DNA from: Coriobacteriia bacterium
Lineage (GTDB): Bacteria; Actinomycetota; Coriobacteriia; Anaerosomatales; Anaerosomataceae
Direction of reading: 5' to 3'
DNA length: 64,000 nucleotides
NCBI GenBank assembly: GCA_034368805.1
Contig: JAXMLJ010000044.1
Span: 76-64,075 of the forward strand
Position 1 is the stretch's first letter; the number at the start of each line of letters is the position of its first letter. Shown in pieces: positions 38,506-46,562 of this stretch. The notes under the pieces were generated by a model, which was not told the DNA's origin, did no database searches, and was given only the letters and a program-made list of their open reading frames with translations. The position numbers and the translations under genes were made by a program.

Positions 38506-39390
38506 CTAGAGCTTGATGTACACCCGCGACCTGTCGAGCGCGGAGGTCACCGCATACCAGAACAGCACGTGCGCCGCCGAGTAGCCGAGGGCACCGGCCA
38601 CCGGCCCGAATGCGGTCACCATGCCGACCGACAGCGCGCCGATGGCGTTCGTCGCCTCACCCGCAGGCCCGGTCACCTCGAGCGAGCGCAGCCATAGCGT
38701 CAGGGCGGCCGCGCCCACGTATGCGGCGAGGGCGTTCCTCCCCGGGGGAGCCAGCCAGGCGATCAGGCGCTCGCCCCTGAGCCAGTCGGCTATCGCGTAG
38801 AACGCCACCAGCATCATAGTCGCCGCGCCGCTGGTGACCAGGACGAACGAGGCGGTCCGCAGCTTCTTGACGACCGGTAGCGCCACGGGGTCGAGCCACC
38901 AGCCGGCCACGAGCGCCGCGAACCCGCCTATCGCGAGCCACACGAGGGCACGGGCGTTGCGCGGGTAGGCGTGAAGCGTACGGCCGGCCGCGGCGCCGAG
39001 CAGCACCTGGCCCGCCGGCGACGCGAGGCCGAGCAGTCCTTCCGGATCGAACCCGCTCGGATGGAGATGTTCCGCACCGAACACGGTCGTATCCACATAC
39101 CTCGGCAGACCCTCGAGCGCGCGAAGCGCCCCCTCGGCTACGACCGGCGGCGTCACCCACAGGAGCGCTGCACTGTGCGCGGCGAGCAGCGCCAGTCCGG
39201 CCGCGAGGATCCACCAGGGTTTCAGCCGCGCGAACGGGGCGGCGATGAGAAGCGAGAGCCCGATGCGTTGCAGCACACCCGGCACGCGAAGCGGATCGCC
39301 ATACGTGAAGTGATTGAGCACGATCCCGATCGCCACGAGCGCGGCACCGCAGACCCCCGAACCACACGAACGCGCCGCACACCCTGTCAA
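38506..39390 (-). CDS. HGSNAT/DUF1624-like membrane acyltransferase homologue, apparently lacking the N-terminal catalytic region (possible 5'-truncated remnant)
   Basis: LRVPGVLQRIGLSLL occurs at about residue 33-47, whereas I recall it near residue 110-130 in full-length family members. Only 61 nt separate the ORF start (TTG 39390) from the upstream gene. Confidence 0.5.
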   Translation of the reverse strand: MTGCAARSCGSGVCGAALVAIGIVLNHFTYGDPLRVPGVLQRIGLSLLIAAPFARLKPWWILAAGLALLAAHSAALLWVTPPVVAEGALRALEGLPRYVDTTVFGAEHLHPSGFDPEGLLGLASPAGQVLLGAAAGRTLHAYPRNARALVWLAIGGFAALVAGWWLDPVALPVVKKLRTASFVLVTSGAATMMLVAFYAIADWLRGERLIAWLAPPGRNALAAYVGAAALTLWLRSLEVTGPAGEATNAIGALSVGMVTAFGPVAGALGYSAAHVLFWYAVTSALDRSRVYIKL

Positions 39391-39451
39391 AGCTTCTTGC
39401 CCGAGTGCCGCACGCGGAAAACGGGCCGCCGCCCCTGCACGTGCATGGTTC

Positions 39452-40189
39452 CTAGGCGTGCAGGACCTGGCTCAGGAAGGCCTGGGTGCGCTCCTCGGCA
39501 GGGTTGGCGAAGAAGGTGTCCGACGGACCTTCCTCGATGATCATGCCGTCGTCCATCATGATCACGCGGTCGGCCACCTCGCGCGCGAAGCCCATCTCGT
39601 GGGTCACCATCACCATGGTCATGCCACCCGCGGCGAGGTCCTGGATGACCTGGAGCACTTCGGCCACCAGTTCGGGATCGAGCGCCGAGGTGACCTCGTC
39701 GAACAGCATGATCTCCGGATCCATCGCCAGTGCCCGCGCGATGGCGACGCGCTGCTTCTGACCGCCGGAGAGCTGTGAGGGCCAGGCCTTCTCCTTGTCG
39801 GGAAGCCCGACTCTGTCCAGCAGATCCCTGGCGACCGCCTTTGCCGTAGCGCGCGAAAGGCCTTTCACACTCTCGGGAGCGATCGTGATGTTGTCGAGAA
39901 CGTTCTTGTGCGGGAAGAGGTAGAAGTGCTGGAAGACCATGCCCATCCGCTCGCGGACCTTGTCCAGGTTGTCACGCGCCGGATCGATCGGCTCGCCGTC
40001 GAGCAGCACCTCAGAGCCCTCGTCCGGGAACTCCAGGAAGTTCAGGCAGCGGAGCAACGTCGACTTGCCCGAGCCGGACGGCCCGATGATCACGACCACC
40101 TCTCCCTCGGCGATCGTGAGGTCGATGCCCTTAAGGACGTGCAGCTCGCCGAAGTGCTTGTGCAGGTTCCGTGTCTCTATGACGTTCAC
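39452..40189 (-). CDS. Polar amino acid ABC transporter ATP-binding protein (GlnQ-like)
   Basis: [24 protein letters not shown] and [13 protein letters not shown]. Confidence 0.92.
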   Translation of the reverse strand: MNVIETRNLHKHFGELHVLKGIDLTIAEGEVVVIIGPSGSGKSTLLRCLNFLEFPDEGSEVLLDGEPIDPARDNLDKVRERMGMVFQHFYLFPHKNVLDNITIAPESVKGLSRATAKAVARDLLDRVGLPDKEKAWPSQLSGGQKQRVAIARALAMDPEIMLFDEVTSALDPELVAEVLQVIQDLAAGGMTMVMVTHEMGFAREVADRVIMMDDGMIIEEGPSDTFFANPAEERTQAFLSQVLHA

Positions 40190-40854
40190 GTCGTCGCCCT
40201 CCTGTCGGGGGTCAGTCGCGCCTCGAGCCTGTTGACGAGCGCCGTGAAGGCGAGCACGAGTACGAGGTAGTAGAGCCCGGCGATGAGGTACGTCTCGAAG
40301 GGGCGGAAGTTCGCCGCCGCCGCCGTCATGGCAGTGCTGTAGATCTCGGACACGCCGAGGAACGCCACGAGAGACGAGTCCTTGAGCCCGATGATGAACT
40401 GATTGCCGAGCGGCGGGATGGCGCGACGGAACGACTGCGGCAGGATGATCAGCCGCATCGTCTTGCGCCTCGACATGCCGAGCGAACGCGCGGCCTCGTG
40501 CTGACCATTGTCGATACTCTGGATGGCGCCTCTGAAGATCTCAGCGACGTACGCGCCAGCGTGTATCGCGAGCGCCAACGCTCCTGCCCAAAACGACGTG
40601 AGCACCACGATCGACGAGATCCCGAAGTACAGAAACATCAGCAACACGATGAGCGGTGTCCCGCGCACGATGCCGATGTAGGCATTGGCGATCACGTTGG
40701 CAACGGGGTTCTTCGCGAGTTTCAGGAACGCGAACACCAATCCGATGACCATGGCGAGCAGGAGCGAGACCGCGGTGAGTTGGAGTGTCACCCCGGTGGC
40801 GCGCAAGAAGCCGTAGAAGTGCATGTCGACAACGGACGACAGGGACTCGAACAC
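40186..40854 (-). CDS. Polar amino acid ABC transporter permease
   Basis: The EAA-type loop reads [24 protein letters not shown] 40854 follows GAAGGAGGTG; the alternative ATG is at 40824. Confidence 0.88.
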   Translation of the reverse strand: MFESLSSVVDMHFYGFLRATGVTLQLTAVSLLLAMVIGLVFAFLKLAKNPVANVIANAYIGIVRGTPLIVLLMFLYFGISSIVVLTSFWAGALALAIHAGAYVAEIFRGAIQSIDNGQHEAARSLGMSRRKTMRLIILPQSFRRAIPPLGNQFIIGLKDSSLVAFLGVSEIYSTAMTAAAANFRPFETYLIAGLYYLVLVLAFTALVNRLEARLTPDRRATT

Positions 40855-40934
40855 GAGCCACCTCCTTCGCTGAGCGGGGCCGACCGAGTCTTCGGCCGGC
40901 CCCATCGCAGCTCACAGTGAGAGAGCGTACGAGC

Positions 40935-41726
40935 TTACTCGCCGAGGATGTTCTCGGGGAACCACCGGAGGCTGATCTCCTCATAGGTCCCATCGGCGAT
41001 CATGTCCTCAAGCGCCTCGTTGATGGCGTTCAGTAGCTCGGTGTCGCCCTTCTGCACGGCGATACCCATCTCATCTTGTTCGAGGACGTCGCCGACCGCC
41101 TTGATGGCAAGTCCGGACTCGTCCATCGCGATGAAGCCGACGAGCTTATCAGTGATCACAGCGTCGAGCCTGCCGGTGGTCAGGTCCTGAAGGGCGACAA
41201 CGTCGCTCTCATAGGTGGCCACGTTGTCAGCACCGGTGATGCCCTGCGCGAGCGTAAGATACGTCGAAGCCTTCACGACACCGATCTTGGCGCCGGCGAG
41301 GCCGTCAGCGGAGACGATGGTGTCGTTGTCCGCAGCGACGAACGTCTGAGCGCCCGAGCGGTAGTAGGGACGTGTGAAGTCCACCTGCTCCTTGCGCTCG
41401 TCGGTGATCCCATGGCTCGCCACAAGGGCATCGTAGCGCCCGTCACGCAGGCCCTGGATGAGCGTGTCGAAAGGGATCGGGGACTGCATGTCGGGTGTGC
41501 GCCCGATTCTCGCCGCGATCTCGTTGGCGATGTCCACATCGAACCCGACGATCTCGCCACCCTGGTCGAAGCTGAACGGCTTGTACGCGCCGCTGTTGGC
41601 GAAGACGAACGTCTCCGCTCCAGGTTCGCCCGAGGCGCCATTCTCGGCCTCCGCGCCACAGCCCGTCAGGGCGAGGGACGCTGCCGCAAGTGCGGCGAAC
41701 AGAAGAACTACCCAGGTACGCTTCAT
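40935..41726 (-). CDS. Amino acid ABC transporter substrate-binding lipoprotein
   Basis: Lipobox LALTGC, and a family-3 SBP pattern (GFDVDIANEIA.., DALVASHGITDERK). GGGAGG RBS. Confidence 0.9.
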   Translation of the reverse strand: MKRTWVVLLFAALAAASLALTGCGAEAENGASGEPGAETFVFANSGAYKPFSFDQGGEIVGFDVDIANEIAARIGRTPDMQSPIPFDTLIQGLRDGRYDALVASHGITDERKEQVDFTRPYYRSGAQTFVAADNDTIVSADGLAGAKIGVVKASTYLTLAQGITGADNVATYESDVVALQDLTTGRLDAVITDKLVGFIAMDESGLAIKAVGDVLEQDEMGIAVQKGDTELLNAINEALEDMIADGTYEEISLRWFPENILGE

Positions 41727-42037
41727 GTGTCGACCTCCCGGTCATATCCGGTTACCTGTCGACCCCACGGTCAGCGACCGGGACCCACCTCACACACCTC
41801 ACTATGCAGATGATCCTGCGCTTTGTTGCAAAGCAAGCCGCGCCAGCAAGTCTGGCCACATCCAACAAGGGGACGCCCGAGTCTAACATAGGGCTCTGAC
41901 GTGTGCAAACGCATACTGCATAACCAGTGGCGATTCTGCGCCGTCTACCTTGCCGTATACCGGTTTATGCATTCTTGATATCACGCCAGTTCTGCGTGGC
42001 CCGAACGCAGGTGCTCGCACGGTGCTACGCTGGCACC

Positions 42038-42319
42038 ATGACCGACACGCAGACAGTGCGCGCGCACGTCAGGATCACCGGCGCCGTCCAGGGCGTGTAC
42101 TTCCGGTCGAGTGCCGCCGACGAGGCCCGCTTCTTCGGTTTGGCAGGGTGGGTTCGCAACACCGCCCAGGGGGTCGAAGCGGTCTTCGAAGGCCCGCGCC
42201 CGGCCGTCGAGCAGATGATCGCGTGGTGTCATGAAGGTCCCCGCCGCGCGCAGGTCGATCGGGTGGATGTCACGTGGGAAGACTCACAGGGGCTGTCGGG
42301 GTTCGCCGTGCGCCACTAG
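42038..42319 (+). CDS. Acylphosphatase
   Basis: VRITGAVQGVYFRSS...GWVRN..GVEAVFEG is the canonical acylphosphatase signature. Length 93 aa. Confidence 0.9.
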   Translation: MTDTQTVRAHVRITGAVQGVYFRSSAADEARFFGLAGWVRNTAQGVEAVFEGPRPAVEQMIAWCHEGPRRAQVDRVDVTWEDSQGLSGFAVRH

Positions 42320-42351
42320 GATCGGCGGACCTCCTGTAAGACACGCGCGCC

Positions 42352-44157
42352 TCAGACCGGCGCCACTCCCTGATAGCGCTGCAGCCGCAGGACGAACGTC
42401 GATCCCTCGCCGAGAGTGCTCGTCAGGGTGATCATCCCCCCGAGCAGATGAGCATACTCCTGCGACAGCGCCAGGCCGAGGCCCGTCCCCTCCGGCTTCG
42501 TCCGGCCGACGACCTCGATCTGGGTGAAGCGATCGAAGACACGCGGCTGATCGGCCTCCGCTATGCCCGGCCCCGTGTCCGTCACCGAGAAGACGACCGT
42601 CCCTTCCGGCCCGGTTCCAAACCGCACCTCGACGCTCCCTTCGGCAGTGAACTTGACCGCGTTGCCCACGAGGTTGAGCAGTATCTGCCTGACCTTGCCG
42701 CTGTCGGAGACGATCTCGAGGGCCGAGTCGCTCACATCCGCACTCAGTTCGAGCCCCTTCTCATCGGCCAACGGCCGCATCACGTCGATGACCTCGGCGA
42801 CAAGCGCCACCCCGTCGAACGGAGCGGGCCTCACCTCGACGCGCCCCGCCTCGACGCGCTCGAGGTCCAGCACGTCGTCGATGAGCGCGAGCAGATGCCT
42901 GCCCGAACCGTGAATCATCTCGATCTGGGTGCGTTGCTCGTCGGTGAGCGGTCCCGCCATGCCCTGCGCCAGCAGCCCGGAAAAACCGATGATCGAGTTG
43001 AGCGGTGTCCGAAGCTCATGACTCATGCTCGCGAGAAACACGCTCTTGGCCGTCGTAGCCGACGCGAGTTCGGCGTTCATCTGCTCCAACTCCGATGTCC
43101 GCTCGGCGACGAGTTCCTCCAGATCCTCCCGGTACCGTTCCTCCTCGGCCTCGGCGGCCTTGCGGGCCGAGATGTCCGTGTGGGTTCCGACCATCCGGGT
43201 CGGAGCGTCATGCTCATCGCGCTCGACGATGCTCCCGAGGGCAAGCATCCAGCGATACTCACCGGAGGCGGCGCGCTGGCGGAACTCGACGCGATACTCC
43301 GGTATCGCGCCTGCTGCGAACTCCTCGTACGCACGGACCACGCGCTCCCGATCGTCCGGGTGCAGGTCTCCCACCCATCTGTCCCGCGTGATCTCGTACG
43401 CCCCGGGATCGTATCCGAGCATGCTCGCATACTCGGCCGAGACAGCCACTCTCCCCGAGCGCACATCAAGGTCCCACGTTCCCTGCTCCGCGGCCTCCAG
43501 TGCCAACCGTAGCCGCTCGGCGTCGTCGGCGAGTTGGCGCCTGTCCGCCTCCCGCTCCTCCTGGTCCAGGATGAAGCGTGCGACCAGCAGCGTGGCCAAC
43601 GGGAACAGGACGATCACCGCGGGACCGATTCGCCGCACGACGCCCCAGCCCATGTGATCGGGCAGGAAGACGATCTGCGTCCCAAGCATGAAGACGTGCA
43701 CGAGCAGTCCGAACCCGAGAAGCGACCAACCTCTCATGACCGAGGGCAACCGGCGGCGCAGGTAGTAGAAGACAACACCGAGAAACGCCGATTCGACCAC
43801 GACGAGAACGCCGGCAAGCGCCCCCGGACCGCCGAGCGACGCGCGGTAGACGCCGGCGATGATCGCCGCTACGACTGCCACGAGCGGACCGCCGAACAGC
43901 CCGGCGATCGCGAGAATGATCGACCTGCCGTCGAAGATGAGGCCGGGGGCGAGCACGAGCGGCGTTGCCATAGCAACGACCGCCACCGCGCCAAACAGGA
44001 CGCCCGATACAAGCCGGGAGGCGATGTAGTTGCGCTCGATGCGACGCAGGAGGTACTGCTGGATGCTGGCCAGCATGACGATGAGCGCGACGTTCTGGAC
44101 GAGGGCCAGGACCAAGGGTTTGACTCCTTCACGGAGCAGAGTGGCGCCTTGAGGCAT
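42352..44157 (-). CDS. Sensor histidine kinase with 5TMR-LYT membrane sensor, PAS, HisKA and HATPase domains
   Basis: N-terminal multi-TM region resembling the LytS-type 5TM receptor, one PAS domain, H-box SHELRTPLNSIIGFS, and N/G boxes. Confidence 0.88.
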   Translation of the reverse strand: MPQGATLLREGVKPLVLALVQNVALIVMLASIQQYLLRRIERNYIASRLVSGVLFGAVAVVAMATPLVLAPGLIFDGRSIILAIAGLFGGPLVAVVAAIIAGVYRASLGGPGALAGVLVVVESAFLGVVFYYLRRRLPSVMRGWSLLGFGLLVHVFMLGTQIVFLPDHMGWGVVRRIGPAVIVLFPLATLLVARFILDQEEREADRRQLADDAERLRLALEAAEQGTWDLDVRSGRVAVSAEYASMLGYDPGAYEITRDRWVGDLHPDDRERVVRAYEEFAAGAIPEYRVEFRQRAASGEYRWMLALGSIVERDEHDAPTRMVGTHTDISARKAAEAEEERYREDLEELVAERTSELEQMNAELASATTAKSVFLASMSHELRTPLNSIIGFSGLLAQGMAGPLTDEQRTQIEMIHGSGRHLLALIDDVLDLERVEAGRVEVRPAPFDGVALVAEVIDVMRPLADEKGLELSADVSDSALEIVSDSGKVRQILLNLVGNAVKFTAEGSVEVRFGTGPEGTVVFSVTDTGPGIAEADQPRVFDRFTQIEVVGRTKPEGTGLGLALSQEYAHLLGGMITLTSTLGEGSTFVLRLQRYQGVAPV

Positions 44158-44292
44158 GATACAACGGAATCGGCGCCGGGCAGCCCGGTAGGCGGATCAC
44201 GTCCCCGGAGCGCACGTGGGTATGCTCTTGTCGGAACGCCGCACGGGTGCCCTGCGGCGCGTGCGGCACCGCGATAGGAAAGGACGGAGCGG

Positions 44293-44943
44293 ATGGACGA
44301 TCTGAGCCGAGACGCACGGGACCGGCTCGATCCGGGGGCGATCGCCCGCTCGGCATCACTGCTGCTCCTGGCCGCCGTCGGCACGGAGACTGCCAGCCGC
44401 ATGCTCGAGAACGGCTCGTCGAACCTGGTCAGGGCACATGACTTATTGCTCGACATCCTGCCGTACGCGAGCGAATTCCGATACATCACGACGGCCGCGA
44501 TGGCAGCCGCCGTGCTCACCTTCGTCGTCTACGCGACACGACGCACCCCGGCCGAGGTTCCGCACTTCATCTCGGTGATCGCGATCATGTATGCACTTCG
44601 CGCCGCGCTCATCGTGCTGACACCGCTCGCCGGTCCGCGCACCGAGGAGGTGGCGATGTTCCCGCTGTTCGCCAACGGGATGTTCCCGTCCGGACATACC
44701 GCCCTCGCGCTGCTGTTCGTGCACTTCACCGATCGGGCGATCGCACCTGGCCTCCGCAGGCTGCAGGTCGCCCTGACGGTGACGGTGATCGTCATGCTGC
44801 TGCTCTCGCGCGGCCACTACTCGATCGACATCGCGGGCGGCGCGCTGCTCGCCTACTTCGTCGCGCACGAGTGGACCCGGGGGCGTCTGTTCGAGCTGCT
44901 CAGGCGGTATGTGGCGGGGGCTCCTTCTCGGCGCCGACCATGA
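44293..44943 (+). CDS. PAP2_C/sphingomyelin-synthase-like membrane protein
   Basis: FPSGHTALALL and SRGHYSIDIAGG motifs, with 4-5 TM segments. Confidence 0.75.
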   Translation: MDDLSRDARDRLDPGAIARSASLLLLAAVGTETASRMLENGSSNLVRAHDLLLDILPYASEFRYITTAAMAAAVLTFVVYATRRTPAEVPHFISVIAIMYALRAALIVLTPLAGPRTEEVAMFPLFANGMFPSGHTALALLFVHFTDRAIAPGLRRLQVALTVTVIVMLLLSRGHYSIDIAGGALLAYFVAHEWTRGRLFELLRRYVAGAPSRRRP

Positions 44944-45277
44944 CGCGCCCGCCCTCGACCCGCACCTCGTACGTGACGAGCGGCCGAGGGTGACGGAGCG
45001 CCTCGGCCGCCGCCTGGGCGACGCCGGACCAGTCCGTCCACCGAATCACGTTACCGTCGGTCACGTCGAACTGCGAACCGTGACGCGGGCAGGTCACTAC
45101 GGTACCCTCCAGAGTGCCGCGGGCGAGCCGGCCCCTCAGGTGCGGACAGCGCGCCTGGGTGGCGAAGTACCGGTCACCGGCACGCGCGAGCAAGATCGCC
45201 TCGCCTCCGACCTCCACTTCGATCATGGCGCCGTCGGCCAACTCATCTGCGCCCAGCACATCGACAAACGCGCTCAT
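44900..45277 (-). CDS. Rieske [2Fe-2S] domain protein (small ferredoxin type)
   Basis: CPH-x16-CPRH in RCPHLRGRLARGTLEGTVVTCPRHGSQF. GGAGG precedes ATG 45277. Confidence 0.85.
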   Translation of the reverse strand: MSAFVDVLGADELADGAMIEVEVGGEAILLARAGDRYFATQARCPHLRGRLARGTLEGTVVTCPRHGSQFDVTDGNVIRWTDWSGVAQAAAEALRHPRPLVTYEVRVEGGRVMVGAEKEPPPHTA

Positions 45278-45294
45278 CCCGAACCTCCACTTTG

Positions 45295-45540
45295 CTATCT
45301 GCGCAGTATCCGGGCGATCGCGAGCAGCACGATCGCGCCGACCGTAGCAACGAGGATCGACCATATGTTCAGGCCATCCACGCCGCCGAACCCGAACAGA
45401 CTCATGACGAAGCCGCCGATGAACGCACCGACCACGCCGAGCACAACGGTCATCAGACAACCGGCCCGCCCCTGGCCGAGGAGGAACTGCGCGAGCATTC
45501 CCGCAAGCCCGCCGACGATGACCCAGCTGAGCAGACCCAT
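45295..45540 (-). CDS. GlsB/YeaQ/YmgE (transglycosylase-associated) family membrane protein
   Basis: MGLLSWVIVGGLAGMLAQFLLG..GVVGAFIGG. Length 81 aa. AAGGAGGA RBS. Confidence 0.85.
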   Translation of the reverse strand: MGLLSWVIVGGLAGMLAQFLLGQGRAGCLMTVVLGVVGAFIGGFVMSLFGFGGVDGLNIWSILVATVGAIVLLAIARILRR

Positions 45541-45725
45541 CCCTTCATCCTCCTTGCGCGGCGCCAGTGACACGAGCAGCGCCCGGCCCTGATCACGTGT
45601 CCGCGGCCGACCGCTCTTGTGGGTCTTACCCCTCAAACGCGGGCGCGCACCGCATCGCACACCGAACGCGCGCACACGCGGCAGGGTATAGAGCAACGTA
45701 GGCCTACCAAGGAGGTGCGTGCCCG

Positions 45726-46556
45726 ATGCCCCGGCCCCTGTGGAAGGGAGTGATCAGCTTCGGCCTGGTCACGATCCCGGTCTCTCTCTACCCGGCGAAG
45801 AACGCTGAGAACGATATACGCTTCACGCTGCTCCACGAACGCGACATGCGACCCGTGCGCAACCGCCGCGAGGACGACCTCGAACACGAGGTCCCCTGGG
45901 AGGAGGTCGTGAAGGGCTACGAGTACGAGCCCGGCCAGTACGTGATCATCACCGAAGACGAGTTGCTGGCGGCAAACGTCGAGGCGACCCAGTCGATCGA
46001 CATCATCGGCTTCGTCGACGCCGCCGAGATCGACCCCACCTATTACACGAGTCCGTACTACACAGAGCCGACGAAGGCGGGCCGGAAGGCGTACGCGCTG
46101 CTGCGCGAGACGCTCCGGCGGACGGGCCGCGTGGGCGTGGCGAAAGTCGTGATCCGCACACGCCAGCATCTGTGCGCACTGCGCGCCGCAGGCCCCATGC
46201 TGCTCGTCGAGGTCCTGCGCTGGCCCTACCAGCTCAGGAGCGCCACCGACTTCGACCTCCCGGCCGAGGATCTCGACTCGCTCGGCGTGACGGAGGCCGA
46301 ACTCAGCATGGCCGAGCAGCTCGTCGGCTCGATGGTCGCAACCTGGGACCCCGCGCAGTACACCGACACCTACCGCGACGATCTACTGCGGCTCGTCGAG
46401 GACAAGGTCGAGCACGGCGCGGTTACGATCGTCGCCGGGGAGCCACCCGACGAGGCTCCCGCCGAAGGAACCGTGGTCGACATCATGTCGTTGCTCAAGC
46501 GCAGCGTGGAGCGGCGGGCGCAGACGTCCGGCACGTCCGACGCGAAGACCGGGTAG
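45726..46556 (+). CDS. ku: Ku protein (non-homologous end joining)
   Basis: MPRPLWKGVISFGLVTIPVSLYPA is the typical bacterial Ku N-terminus. AAGGAGGTG RBS. Confidence 0.93.
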   Translation: MPRPLWKGVISFGLVTIPVSLYPAKNAENDIRFTLLHERDMRPVRNRREDDLEHEVPWEEVVKGYEYEPGQYVIITEDELLAANVEATQSIDIIGFVDAAEIDPTYYTSPYYTEPTKAGRKAYALLRETLRRTGRVGVAKVVIRTRQHLCALRAAGPMLLVEVLRWPYQLRSATDFDLPAEDLDSLGVTEAELSMAEQLVGSMVATWDPAQYTDTYRDDLLRLVEDKVEHGAVTIVAGEPPDEAPAEGTVVDIMSLLKRSVERRAQTSGTSDAKTG

Positions 46557-46562
46557 TCGCCC

